DNA of 32,000 nt. It comes from Candidatus Saccharimonadota bacterium (GTDB taxonomy: Bacteria > Bacteroidota > Bacteroidia > Flavobacteriales > Blattabacteriaceae). The notes beneath the pieces were generated by a model. The model was not told the DNA's origin. It did no database searches and worked only from the letters and a program-made list of their open reading frames with translations. The DNA lies in contig NZ_CP059199.1 of the NCBI RefSeq assembly GCF_014251775.1, forward strand, positions 120,001-152,000, given 5' to 3'. Numbering within the stretch: the first letter of the stretch is position 1; each line of letters begins with the position of its first letter. This document shows, piece by piece, positions 8,037 through 17,780 of the stretch. The translations under genes were made by a program, and so were the position numbers.

Positions 8037-8044
8037 TATTTTTG
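8037..8044 (+). promoter_or_regulatory. Candidate Bacteroidetes-type -7 promoter box (TAnnTTTG) upstream of thrA
   Basis: TATTTTTG lies 34 nt before the thrA ATG. No TTTG -33 element is seen at the expected spacing, and the motif is easy to obtain by chance in this composition. Confidence 0.2.
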
Positions 8045-8077
8045 TCATTGTTTTAATGATGGAAAAATTGTAAAAAA

Positions 8078-10525
8078 ATGCAAGTTTTAAAGTTTGGAGG
8101 CAGTTCTATAGCTCATTCTAATTCCATAAAATGTATTTGTTCTTTATTAGAAAAAAAACCTAAGGGAAAATATGCAATTGTAGTATCTGCATTAGGAAAT
8201 ATTACCGATCAATTAATTAATTGTGGAAAATTTGCTTCTAAAAGAAAAAATATATATAAAAATATTTTAGAAAAAATAGAAAAACGTCATATTAAAATTA
8301 TTAAAGACCTATTTCCAATTACTTATCAAAGTCATTTAATTGGTTGGATAAAAAAAAATATGAATGATTTAGAAAATTTATGTGATGGAATTTTCCAGGT
8401 AGAAGAATTATCAAAACGTTCATTGGATAAAATAATGAGTTTTGGAGAATTGAGTTCATCTTTTTTAATTTCTGAAAAATTAAAACAATCTGGATTAAAT
8501 ACTAAATGTAAAGATAGTAGAGATTTAATTGTTACAGATTCTCAATTTGGATGTGCACAAGTAGATTTTATAAATAGCAATCATCGTATTAATAAATATT
8601 TCCATGAAAACAATGTATCGGATTATACTGTTTTTCCAGGATTTATTGGCGCAACTATAAATAATGAAACTACTACTCTTGGACGTGGAGGGTCCGATTA
8701 TACTGCTTCTATATTGGCCGCTGCTATATCTGCAAATATATTAGAAATATGGACCGATGTAAGTGGAATGATGACTGCTAACCCAAAAATAGTTAATCAA
8801 GCTTTTCCTATTAAGGAAATTTCTTATGAAGAAGCTATGGAATTATCCCATTTTGGAGCAAAAGTAATTTATCCTCCTACAATACAACCTGTTATGAAAA
8901 GAAATATTCCTATAAAAATTAAAAATACTTTTTCTACAATAGATTCCGGTACACTTATTTATATTAACAAAAATACGAATATCAGTCAACCAGTAACTGG
9001 TATTTCCGGAATTCAAAACATATCTTTACTTACATTAAAAGGTAGTGGAATGGTAGGGGTACCTGGTTATTCCAAACGATTATTTGAAGCATTATCATTA
9101 GAAAAAATAAATGTAATATTCATCACTCAAAGTTCTTCAGAACATTCAATAACTACAGGAGTCCATGATACTGATCTAATGAAAGCTAAAAAAGCAATTT
9201 ACAATGAATTTTCCCAAGAAATAAAACAAAAATATATTGATCCATTAATGATAGAAAAAAAATTATGTATTATAGCTGTAGTAGGAGATAATATGAAAAA
9301 TCTTCATGGAACTAGTGGAAAAATGTTTTCTGCTTTAGGTAGAAATAGTATTAATGTTAGAGCTATAGCTCAAGGTTCAACCGAAAAAAATATATCTGCT
9401 GTTATTCGTAAAGAAGATTTTAAAAAAGCATTAAATACTTTACATGAAGCATTTTTTGAAAGCCCACCAAAACAAATAAATTTATTTATTTGTGGAGTGG
9501 GACAGGTAGGAAGTAAATTAATTGAACAAATAAGAAAACAAAAAAACTATTTATTAAAAGAATTAAAATTACAAGTTAGAATTATAGGATTAGCTAATAG
9601 TAAAAAAATGTATTTTAATAATCGTGGAATAAATTTAACTCAATGGAATCATTATTTACATAAAGGAAATAAAATGAATATTCATTCTTTAATGAAAAAA
9701 GTATCGAGATTAAATTTAAGAAATAGTTTATTTGTTGATAATACTGCCAGTAAAGAAATTGCCATGATTTATGATAATTTTCTTAAAAATGGAGTAGGTG
9801 TTATCACTTGTAATAAAATTGCTTGTTCTTCCAACTATGAACATTATAAAAAATTAAAAATACTGTCAAGACATTTCAAAGCTCCATTTTTATTCGAAAC
9901 TAATGTTGGTGCTAGTTTACCAGTAATTAGTACTCTTAATGATCTTATAAATAGTGGAGATAAAATTAATAAAATTGAAGCCGTTTTATCAGGCAGTTTA
10001 AATTTTATATTTAATCATTTTATAGGAAAAGAATCATTTTTAGAAGTAGTTAAATATGCTCAATTAAAAGGATTCACAGAGCCTGATCCTCGTATTGATT
10101 TAAATGGACTAGATGTAATGCGAAAAATATTAATTTTAGCAAGAGAATGCGGAAATCCATTAGAAATTAATGATATAAATCAAAAAAATTTTTTACCTGA
10201 AAGTTGTTATGAATCTAAATCTTTAGAAGAATTTTATCAAGAATTATATAAACATAATAATTATTTTTTTGAAATAAGATATAATGCAGAAAAAAATAAT
10301 AAAAAATTACGTTTTATTGCACGTTATGAAAATGGAACAGCTTCTGTTGGATTAGAATCAGTTAATCAAACCCATCCATTTTTTCAATTAGAAGGAAAAG
10401 ATAATATGGTGCTATATAATACATTTCGTTATTCTGAACAACCTCTGATTATAAAAGGAGCTGGTGCTGGTGCTGAAGTAACTGCATCGGGAGTATTTTC
10501 AGATATTATAAAAGCAACTAAGTAA
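8078..10525 (+). CDS. thrA: Bifunctional aspartokinase / homoserine dehydrogenase
   Basis: 815 aa. The N-terminal VLKFGGSS kinase motif, ACT-like middle region and C-terminal homoserine dehydrogenase (GVGQVGS Rossmann motif, GAGAGAEVTASGV) are all present. Confidence 0.96.
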   Translation: MQVLKFGGSSIAHSNSIKCICSLLEKKPKGKYAIVVSALGNITDQLINCGKFASKRKNIYKNILEKIEKRHIKIIKDLFPITYQSHLIGWIKKNMNDLENLCDGIFQVEELSKRSLDKIMSFGELSSSFLISEKLKQSGLNTKCKDSRDLIVTDSQFGCAQVDFINSNHRINKYFHENNVSDYTVFPGFIGATINNETTTLGRGGSDYTASILAAAISANILEIWTDVSGMMTANPKIVNQAFPIKEISYEEAMELSHFGAKVIYPPTIQPVMKRNIPIKIKNTFSTIDSGTLIYINKNTNISQPVTGISGIQNISLLTLKGSGMVGVPGYSKRLFEALSLEKINVIFITQSSSEHSITTGVHDTDLMKAKKAIYNEFSQEIKQKYIDPLMIEKKLCIIAVVGDNMKNLHGTSGKMFSALGRNSINVRAIAQGSTEKNISAVIRKEDFKKALNTLHEAFFESPPKQINLFICGVGQVGSKLIEQIRKQKNYLLKELKLQVRIIGLANSKKMYFNNRGINLTQWNHYLHKGNKMNIHSLMKKVSRLNLRNSLFVDNTASKEIAMIYDNFLKNGVGVITCNKIACSSNYEHYKKLKILSRHFKAPFLFETNVGASLPVISTLNDLINSGDKINKIEAVLSGSLNFIFNHFIGKESFLEVVKYAQLKGFTEPDPRIDLNGLDVMRKILILARECGNPLEINDINQKNFLPESCYESKSLEEFYQELYKHNNYFFEIRYNAEKNNKKLRFIARYENGTASVGLESVNQTHPFFQLEGKDNMVLYNTFRYSEQPLIIKGAGAGAEVTASGVFSDIIKATK

Positions 10526-10558
10526 TAGATAAAAGTGTATTATAAGTAGTATTATTAT

Positions 10559-11503
10559 ATGAAGGCAATAAAAATATTTGCACCAGCTACTATAGCCAAT
10601 TTAGTTTGTGGTTTTGATATAATAGGATTAGCTCTAAATTATCCGAAAGATGAAATTTATATGTATAAATCTAATTCCCCTGGAATCAGAATTAATAAGA
10701 TTTACGGAACTTCTTTACCCAAAGATCCTAAAAAAAATGCTGCATTTGCCGCATTACATTTTTTTTTAAATAAATATTATCAATTAAAAAAAATAAATAA
10801 TATAGGATTTGAAATAGAATTAATTAAAAATATTAATCCTGGTAGTGGAATAGGATCTAGTGCAGCTAGTGCTGCCGGTGTAGTTTTTGGTGCAAATGTT
10901 TTATTAGAAAATCCTTTTAATACCATTCAATTAATTCGTTTCGCTATGGAAGGAGAAAGAGTTGCAAGTGGATCCGCACATGCGGATAATGTAGCTCCTG
11001 CAATTATGGGAGGATTAACTTTAGTTCGTAGTTATCATCCTTTAGATATCACTAAATTACATGCTCCTAATCAACTTTGGATTAGCTTAATACATCCAAA
11101 AATTGAAATAAAAACATCAGATGCTAGAGAAATATTAAAAAAATACATTTTAATGAAAAATGCTATTCAACAATGGGGAAATATCGGTGCATTAGTAGCA
11201 GGATTATATCAAGAAAATTATGATTTAATTAGTAGATCATTAGAAGATGTTATTGTAGAGCCAATAAGATCCATGTTAATTCCAGCATTTTATGAATTAA
11301 AAAAAAAATGTAAAGAAATAGGAGCCTTAGGGGGGGGGATTTCAGGATCTGGTCCATCTATTTTTATGTTAAGTAAAGGGAATAAAATAGCAAAAAAAGT
11401 CACTAAAATAATGAATCGAGTTTATTCTTCATTAAGAATTGATTATAAAACTTATACATCTTCTATCAACCAAAATGGATTAAAATGGACTGAAATGGAT
11501 TAA
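10559..11503 (+). CDS. thrB: Homoserine kinase
   Basis: The GHMP kinase motif PGSGIGSSAASAAG and the N-terminal FAPATIANLVCGFD are present. The gene sits between thrA and thrC. Confidence 0.95.
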   Translation: MKAIKIFAPATIANLVCGFDIIGLALNYPKDEIYMYKSNSPGIRINKIYGTSLPKDPKKNAAFAALHFFLNKYYQLKKINNIGFEIELIKNINPGSGIGSSAASAAGVVFGANVLLENPFNTIQLIRFAMEGERVASGSAHADNVAPAIMGGLTLVRSYHPLDITKLHAPNQLWISLIHPKIEIKTSDAREILKKYILMKNAIQQWGNIGALVAGLYQENYDLISRSLEDVIVEPIRSMLIPAFYELKKKCKEIGALGGGISGSGPSIFMLSKGNKIAKKVTKIMNRVYSSLRIDYKTYTSSINQNGLKWTEMD

Positions 11504-11536
11504 TATTAATTTAAATTAAATAAATAAATATATATA

Positions 11537-12865
11537 ATGTTATATCATAGTTTAAAAAATAAAAAAGATTTAGTATCATTTGAAGAAGCTGTATTAAATG
11601 GATTATCACCAGATGGTGATTTATATGTTCCTCAATACATTCCAAAATTAGAATCTTTTTTTTTAAAAAAAGAAATATTTAATCAAGATATTTATTCTAT
11701 TGCAATGGAAGTTATATCTTGTTATATAGGAAAATCTATTCCAAAAAAATATATTTATAATATAGTCAATCAAACTTTAAAAATACCTTTTCCATTAAAA
11801 ATGCTCCATGAAAAAGTTTATTCTCTAGAACTTTTTCATGGACCTACACTAGCTTTTAAAGATATTGGAGTAAAATTTATGTCAGAATGTTTAGATTTTT
11901 TTTCAAAAAAAATAGGAAAAATTATCACTATTCTAGTGGCAACTTCTGGAGATACTGGTGCTGCTGTAGCTAGAGGATTTTATAAAAAATTAGGAATAGA
12001 AGTTATTATATTATATCCACGTAACAATATTAGTAATTTACAAAAAAAACAAATTACTACTTTAGGATCTAATATATTAGCTTTGGAAATTGATGGAAAT
12101 TTTGATGATTGCCAAAACATTGTTAAGAAATCTTTTTTAGATAAAGAAATTAAAAAAAAATATATATTAACCTCTGCTAATTCTATTAATATAGCTAGAT
12201 GGTTACCTCAAATGTTGTATTATTTTTTCGCTTATAAAAAAATTAAAGAAAAAGAAGATAATAATATGGATTTAATTTTTTCAGTTCCTAGTGGTAATTT
12301 TGGAAATATTTGTGCTGGAATGATGGCTGAAAAAATGGGATTACCGATAAAATTTTTCATTGCTTCTACTAATATTAATGATACTATACCTAGATTTTTA
12401 TCATCTAATAAATTCATTCCTATGTGTACAAAAAAAACTATATCAAATGCTATGGATATTTCCAATCCTAGTAATTTTCCTAGAATATGGAATTTTTTAT
12501 ATAAAAAAGATTTTTATCAATTAAAAAAAAAGTTATATTCTTATAAATTTACCGATGAACAAACTCTATCTAGCATAGATATGGTTTGGAAAAAATATAA
12601 ATATATTTTAGATCCACATGGTGCTATTGGTTATTCAGGAATTATACATCATTTTAAAAAAAATGATAGAATTTTATATAATTCAATTTTTTTAGAAACC
12701 GCGCATCCTATAAAATTTAAGGAAATTATGCCATTTCATATTCAAAAAAATATAAATATTCCAAAAAAATTAGAAAAATTTTTAGAATTAAAAGGAAAAA
12801 TAAAAAATATATCATTAAATAATAACTTTTATCAATTTAAGAATTGGTTGTTAGAAAAAAAATAA
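11537..12865 (+). CDS. thrC: Threonine synthase
   Basis: 442 aa. The ORF contains HGPTLAFKDIG with the PLP lysine, and TSGDTGAA. It is the last gene of the thr operon order. Confidence 0.95.
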   Translation: MLYHSLKNKKDLVSFEEAVLNGLSPDGDLYVPQYIPKLESFFLKKEIFNQDIYSIAMEVISCYIGKSIPKKYIYNIVNQTLKIPFPLKMLHEKVYSLELFHGPTLAFKDIGVKFMSECLDFFSKKIGKIITILVATSGDTGAAVARGFYKKLGIEVIILYPRNNISNLQKKQITTLGSNILALEIDGNFDDCQNIVKKSFLDKEIKKKYILTSANSINIARWLPQMLYYFFAYKKIKEKEDNNMDLIFSVPSGNFGNICAGMMAEKMGLPIKFFIASTNINDTIPRFLSSNKFIPMCTKKTISNAMDISNPSNFPRIWNFLYKKDFYQLKKKLYSYKFTDEQTLSSIDMVWKKYKYILDPHGAIGYSGIIHHFKKNDRILYNSIFLETAHPIKFKEIMPFHIQKNINIPKKLEKFLELKGKIKNISLNNNFYQFKNWLLEKK

Positions 12866-12866
12866 A

Positions 12867-13661
12867 TTAGATAGCTACATCACCTTTAATATGAGGATGA
12901 GGATTATAATTTATTAATTTAAAATCTTTAAAAGAAAAATTAAAAATATTTTTTATAAATGGATTAATAGTCATTGTTGGAAGTTTTCTAGGTGTTCTAC
13001 TGATTTGAAGTTTTACTTGTTTAATATGATTATTATAAATATGAGCATCTCCTATAACATGAATAAATTCTTTTACTTTTAAATTTAGTGTCTTAGCTAT
13101 CATTATAATTAATAATGAATATGAAGCAATATTAAAAGGTAACCCTAAAAATGCGTCAGCACTTCTTTGATATAAGAGTAGTGATAATTCTTTATTTAAT
13201 ACATAAACTTGAAATAGCAAATGACACGGAGGTAATGCCATATTTTTTATCATTCCTACATTCCAAGTAGAAACGATCATTCTTCTTGAATAAGGATTAT
13301 GTTCGATATCGTGTATAAGATTATGGATTTGATCAATAGGATCATTATCATAAGACGGCCATCTTCTCCATTGAAATCCATATATTGGGCCAAGATCACC
13401 ATCTTTATCTGCCCATTCATTCCAAATATTAACATTATTTTTATTCAAGTAAATTATGTTAGTAGATCCTTTTAAAAACCACAATAATTCATGAATTATA
13501 GCATTTATATTCAATCTTTTAGTAGTTAAAAGAGGAAATCCATGATTTAAGTTATATCTCATTTGAGATCCAAATATACTAATAGTCCCTACTCCAGTTC
13601 TATCTTTTTTTTTTTGACCATTTTTCAATATGTTTTTCAATAAATCTATATACTGTTTCAT
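12867..13661 (-). CDS. thyA: Thymidylate synthase
   Basis: [39 protein letters not shown] are canonical ThyA motifs. The 3' end is 1 nt from the thrC stop. The gene contains an in-frame A11 tract (T11 at 13605-13615 on +). Confidence 0.96.
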   Translation of the reverse strand: MKQYIDLLKNILKNGQKKKDRTGVGTISIFGSQMRYNLNHGFPLLTTKRLNINAIIHELLWFLKGSTNIIYLNKNNVNIWNEWADKDGDLGPIYGFQWRRWPSYDNDPIDQIHNLIHDIEHNPYSRRMIVSTWNVGMIKNMALPPCHLLFQVYVLNKELSLLLYQRSADAFLGLPFNIASYSLLIIMIAKTLNLKVKEFIHVIGDAHIYNNHIKQVKLQISRTPRKLPTMTINPFIKNIFNFSFKDFKLINYNPHPHIKGDVAI

Positions 13662-13697
13662 ATTAAAAATTTTTTATATTTGATGAAATTTAAAAAG

Positions 13698-13705
13698 TAT
13701 TTTTG
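13698..13705 (+). promoter_or_regulatory. Candidate Bacteroidetes-type -7 promoter box (TAnnTTTG) upstream of prs
   Basis: TATTTTTG lies 20 nt before the ATG at 13725. A TTTG at 13679-13682 is only 15 nt upstream, which is closer than the roughly 19-21 nt I recall for the consensus spacing. Its position argues against the TTG start at 13680. Confidence 0.25.
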
Positions 13706-13724
13706 CATACAAAAAATAAAAATT

Positions 13725-14672
13725 ATGACTATGAGTCAAAAAATTCTATTCTTTTCTACAAAGAGTGGATTGAAATTATCTCAAGATATAGCGAATCACT
13801 ATGGTAAGGTTATTGGAAAAGTAAAATTTTTAAAATTTAGTGATGGAGAATACATACCTCGTTTTGAACAATCTATTCGTGGATATAAAGTTTTTTTGAT
13901 AGGTTCTACTTACCCTCCAGTGGATAATTTGATGGAGTTATTACTCATGTGTGATGCAGCTAGAAGAGCTTCTGCTTATAATATAACATTATTAATTCCA
14001 TATTTTGGTTGGGCTAGACAAGATCATAAAGATCAACCAAGAACTCCTATTGCAGCAAAATTAGTAGCAAATTTAATAGTAGCTGCAGGAGCATCTAGAA
14101 TGATGACCATGGATTTACATGCAGATCAAATTCAAGGATTTTTTGATATTCCGGTAGATCATTTATATGCTTCTAGAATATTTATTAATTATATTAAAAA
14201 ATTAAATATAGATAAATTAACCATTGCATCTCCAGATATGGGAGGAGCAAAAAGAGCTAGAAGCTATGCTGGATATTTAGGGACTGATGTTGTTATATGT
14301 TATAAAGAAAGAAAAAAAGCAAATGAAATAGAATTTATGAATCTTATAGGTAATGTAAAAGAAAAAAATATCATACTTATAGATGATATGGTAGATACAG
14401 CTGGAACTTTAACAGAAGCAGCTGATTTGATCATAAAAAATGGAGCTAAAAGCGTTCGTGCTATAGCAACTCATCCAGTATTATCAGGTAATTCATATGA
14501 GAAAATAAATAATTCTTCTCTTAAAGAATTAATAGTAACAGATACTATACCAATAAAAAATTTCATGAATAAAAATAAAAAAATTAAAGTTTTATCTTGT
14601 GCCCCACTTTTTGCGGAAGTTATGCAATCCATACAAAATGACGAATCTATTAGTAGTAAATTTATTATATAA
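13725..14672 (+). CDS. prs: Ribose-phosphate pyrophosphokinase (PRPP synthetase)
   Basis: The ORF carries FSDGE, RQDHK-type GWARQDHKDQPR, DLHADQIQGFF and the PRPP loop ILIDDMVDTAGT. The tracked ORF starts at TTG 13680, only 18 nt from the divergent thyA start. ATG 13725 (MTMSQKILFF) fits the family N-terminus. Confidence 0.93.
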   Translation: MTMSQKILFFSTKSGLKLSQDIANHYGKVIGKVKFLKFSDGEYIPRFEQSIRGYKVFLIGSTYPPVDNLMELLLMCDAARRASAYNITLLIPYFGWARQDHKDQPRTPIAAKLVANLIVAAGASRMMTMDLHADQIQGFFDIPVDHLYASRIFINYIKKLNIDKLTIASPDMGGAKRARSYAGYLGTDVVICYKERKKANEIEFMNLIGNVKEKNIILIDDMVDTAGTLTEAADLIIKNGAKSVRAIATHPVLSGNSYEKINNSSLKELIVTDTIPIKNFMNKNKKIKVLSCAPLFAEVMQSIQNDESISSKFII

Positions 14673-14684
14673 AAAGTATCTATA

Positions 14685-15257
14685 ATGAAATATATAAATA
14701 TATACGGAGAAGAAAGAAATACTAAAAATAGAAATTATATTAATTTTATAAGAAAATCTAAAAAAATTCCATGCATTTTATATGGAAAAAATATAAATAT
14801 TCCTTTTTCTACTTCATTAGAAGTTTTAAAAGATATAATTCTTAATACTGATATTTTTGGAATTATTCTAACATTAAAAGGAATTGATAAACCTATAAAA
14901 GCAATCAAAAAAGAGGTCCAATATGATCCTGTAAAAGATAACATTTTACATGTAGATTTTTATAAAATCGACAAATTAACCCCAATTATTTTAAATATTC
15001 CTATAAAATTTTCGGGTATACCTATTGGAGTATCTAAAGGTGGAGAATATTATTCACCAATTAAAAATTTGAAAATAAAAGCATTACCATATAATATTCC
15101 AGAATTTATCAATATAAATATTGATTCTTTAGATATAGGAGATAAAATGAATGTAAAAGAAATAAAAAATGATAAATTTATAATATTAAACCCAGATAAT
15201 ACATTAATAATCAGAATAAAAGATACTCGTACATCACGCGTAAACAAAGAAGAATAA
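14685..15257 (+). CDS. rplY: 50S ribosomal protein L25 / general stress protein Ctc
   Basis: 190 aa. The ORF contains R..GK.....R..G.IP-like IRKSKKIPCILYG and HVDFYKI. It has the two-domain length of the Ctc form. Confidence 0.85.
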   Translation: MKYINIYGEERNTKNRNYINFIRKSKKIPCILYGKNINIPFSTSLEVLKDIILNTDIFGIILTLKGIDKPIKAIKKEVQYDPVKDNILHVDFYKIDKLTPIILNIPIKFSGIPIGVSKGGEYYSPIKNLKIKALPYNIPEFININIDSLDIGDKMNVKEIKNDKFIILNPDNTLIIRIKDTRTSRVNKEE

Positions 15258-15703
15258 TGAAACATTTTCATTTTATGAAAATAGCGATAAAAGAAGCCGT
15301 TTTTGCATATAAAGAAAATGAAATCCCCATAGGGGCGGTAATAATACATAATAATATTGTTATAGCAAAAACTCATAATTTAACTGAAACTTTAAGTAAT
15401 ATTACTGCACATGCAGAAATTTTAGCTATAAATTTGGCTTCTAATTATCTAGGAAAAAAATATATAAATGAATGTACTCTTTATGTTACATTAGAACCAT
15501 GCATTATGTGTGCTGGAGCAATTTTCTGGTCCAAAATTGGAAAAATAGTTTGGGGTACTTCTAATTATAATAATAACGGATTTTTATCATATGGAATAAA
15601 ATTACATCCAAAGACTAAATATATTTCTGGAATTATGAAGAATCAATGTAAATCGTTAATACATAATTTTTTTTTAAAAAAAAGAAATAATAAACTTAAA
15701 TAA
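15257..15703 (+). CDS. tadA: tRNA-specific adenosine deaminase
   Basis: The ORF carries MKIAIKEA, IPIGAVI, HAEILAI and the TLEPCIMCAGAI zinc motifs. The start overlaps the rplY stop in TAATG. Confidence 0.9.
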   Translation: MKHFHFMKIAIKEAVFAYKENEIPIGAVIIHNNIVIAKTHNLTETLSNITAHAEILAINLASNYLGKKYINECTLYVTLEPCIMCAGAIFWSKIGKIVWGTSNYNNNGFLSYGIKLHPKTKYISGIMKNQCKSLIHNFFLKKRNNKLK

Positions 15704-16355
15704 GTACTTTTTTATTTTTATTGATCATTAATTTAAATATAACCGGAAAAGTAGTAGTAATTACAATTAATAAAATTATCCATTCTAAATGATTTTTTAA
15801 TTCAGGAAAATTCTTATCTAAATAATGTCCAGCAGACATTATAGAAAATGTCCAAATAATAGCTCCAATAATATTATATATCATAAATTTTTTAAAATTT
15901 ACTCTAATAGCCCCTGCTACAATAGGAGCAAAAGAACGAAACATTGGCAAAAAACGACTTATAATTAAAGCTGTCGCCTTATATTTTGTATAAAAATTTT
16001 TCGCTAAAATTAAATGTTTCTTCTTAAAGAAGAAAGAATCTTCTTTTTTATATAGTAATTTTCCTGATTTATATCCTAACCAATATCCTTGAATATTTCC
16101 TAGTACAGCAACTAATGCCACAATTAAAACAATAACAAAAAAAGGAACATTATAAAAATTTTTGCATAAATCTTCTCCAAATATTCCTGCTGTAAATAAT
16201 AGAGAATCCCCAGGTAATAAGAATCCAATAAAAAATCCAGTCTCTGCAAAAACAATTGCTAAAAGAATAAAAATTGCAGTATTTCCAAAATACAAAAAAA
16301 TCCATCTAGGATTAAATAAATTATGAAAAAAATCCCAAAAATCTATTAGTAACAT
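15696..16355 (-). CDS. DedA family (VTT domain) membrane protein
   Basis: FAETGFFIGFLLPGDSLLFTAGIF and RFLPMFRSFAPIVAG are DedA signature regions. There are several predicted TM segments. Confidence 0.85.
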   Translation of the reverse strand: MLLIDFWDFFHNLFNPRWIFLYFGNTAIFILLAIVFAETGFFIGFLLPGDSLLFTAGIFGEDLCKNFYNVPFFVIVLIVALVAVLGNIQGYWLGYKSGKLLYKKEDSFFFKKKHLILAKNFYTKYKATALIISRFLPMFRSFAPIVAGAIRVNFKKFMIYNIIGAIIWTFSIMSAGHYLDKNFPELKNHLEWIILLIVITTTFPVIFKLMINKNKKVLI

Positions 16356-16462
16356 GATAATGATTATGATAAAATAATAAAGAATTAAATATTTCCATTT
16401 TTTAAAAAAAACTTATTTTTAGAATAAATATAAATTGTTATAAATTATAATCTTTGTTTTTT

Positions 16463-16582
16463 GTGAAGTATTTATTCAAATATATTGATATATTAGGATG
16501 GATTCCTAATATATTTTTTTTGATAATAGGTTTTATTTTTATATGCTTTTGGTTATATAATATATTTTATTTTACTGAATGA
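16463..16582 (+). CDS. Candidate small single-pass membrane protein (39 codons from GTG, or 42 from TTG at 16454)
   Basis: This is the only open frame in the 290-bp dedA-aroB spacer, and it reads VKYLFKYIDILGWIPNIFFLIIGFIFICFWLYNIFYFTE. It has one hydrophobic helix with W/Y flanks and resembles, from memory only, the C-terminus of a small conserved flavobacterial membrane protein. It has no ATG start. Confidence 0.3.
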   Translation: MKYLFKYIDILGWIPNIFFLIIGFIFICFWLYNIFYFTE

Positions 16583-16602
16583 TTAAAATAAATAATAATA
16601 TT

Positions 16603-16618
16603 AAAAAAAAAAAAAAAA
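16603..16618 (+). repeat. A16 homopolymer in the aroB upstream region
   Basis: Sixteen consecutive A counted at 16603-16618, 27 nt before the aroB ATG. It is the longest homopolymer I noticed in the window. Confidence 0.9.
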
Positions 16619-16645
16619 TAAATACAATATTAAAAATTTATTCTA

Positions 16646-17722
16646 ATGAATATGAATAATTATAAAACTAAAATTTTTTTTAATGAAGAAGCTTATGAAC
16701 GATTAAAAATATATTTACTTGATAATATTTTTTCTGCAAATGATTTATTTATTTTAGTAGATAACATAACTAACAAATATTGTCTTCCTAGACTTTTATA
16801 TTACATAGATTTTTTGAAAAAATCTAATATTATTCATATTAAAAATGGAGAAGAAAAAAAAAATATATATACATGTATTGAAATATGTAAAGAAATAGAA
16901 AAATATAAAGGTACTAGAAATAGTTTGATAATTAATTTAGGGGGTGGAGTTTTAACAGATATAGGTGGATTTACAGCATCCATATTTAAAAGAGGAATCC
17001 GTTATATAAATATTCCCACTACTTTGTTAGGAATGGTTGATGCAGCTATAGGATATAAAACTGGAGTTAATCTAAACTCCATTAAAAATGAATTAGGAAC
17101 TTTTTATATTCCAGAACTATTAATTATAGATACTAATTTTTTAAAAACACTTCCAGATAAAGAAATTATATCTGGGATGGCTGAAATGTTTAAACATGGA
17201 TTAATATGGGATAAATCTTTTTGGAAAGAAATGAAGGAAAATTATTTTTATATAAAAAATAAAAATTTTTCTGATAAAAAAAATTATTTAATTAAAAGAT
17301 CTATTGAAATAAAAATAGAAATTGTTCATAAAGATCCAAAAGAAAAAGGATTAAGAAAAATTCTTAATTTTGGACATACTATTGGACATGCCTTAGAAAG
17401 TTTTTTTTTGAATAAAAAAAAAATTATGCATGGAGTAGCTATAGCAAATGGAATTATTTACGAGTCATGGATATCTTATAAAGAAAATAAATTATCCATA
17501 GAAAATTATAACGAAATAAAGTCAACTTTAATGAATTTTTATCCAATAAAAAAAGGATTTATAGATTCAGAAATTAAAGAATTGATTAATATAATGAAAC
17601 ATGATAAAAAAAATGAAAAAATGGATTTTCAATTTTCATTATTGAATAAAATTGGTTCATGTTCTTATAATTGTAAAATTGATAATTCTATTATTAAAAA
17701 AAGTTTTATCAAACTTAAATGA
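16646..17722 (+). CDS. aroB: 3-dehydroquinate synthase
   Basis: The ORF carries LGGGVLTDIGGFTAS, the TTLLGMVDAAIG.KTGVN motif and NFGHTIGHALE metal-binding histidines. Confidence 0.92.
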   Translation: MNMNNYKTKIFFNEEAYERLKIYLLDNIFSANDLFILVDNITNKYCLPRLLYYIDFLKKSNIIHIKNGEEKKNIYTCIEICKEIEKYKGTRNSLIINLGGGVLTDIGGFTASIFKRGIRYINIPTTLLGMVDAAIGYKTGVNLNSIKNELGTFYIPELLIIDTNFLKTLPDKEIISGMAEMFKHGLIWDKSFWKEMKENYFYIKNKNFSDKKNYLIKRSIEIKIEIVHKDPKEKGLRKILNFGHTIGHALESFFLNKKKIMHGVAIANGIIYESWISYKENKLSIENYNEIKSTLMNFYPIKKGFIDSEIKELINIMKHDKKNEKMDFQFSLLNKIGSCSYNCKIDNSIIKKSFIKLK

Positions 17723-17780
17723 TTCTAAAACTAAAAATTGATTATATATTTATATTAAAAAATTTCAATTAAAATAAAAA

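Noticed and set aside
8056-8073. Mini-ORF ATG ATG GAA AAA TTG TAA just upstream of thrA, as a possible thr leader peptide or attenuator
   Set aside because: It contains no Thr or Ile codons, and no alternative terminator/antiterminator hairpins follow it. It is most likely a chance ORF in A+T-rich sequence.
13680-13724. Longer prs start at TTG 13680
   Set aside because: It would leave only 18 nt between the divergent thyA and prs starts, and it would place a promoter-like TATTTTTG box inside the CDS. The family N-terminus begins near MSQKILFF.
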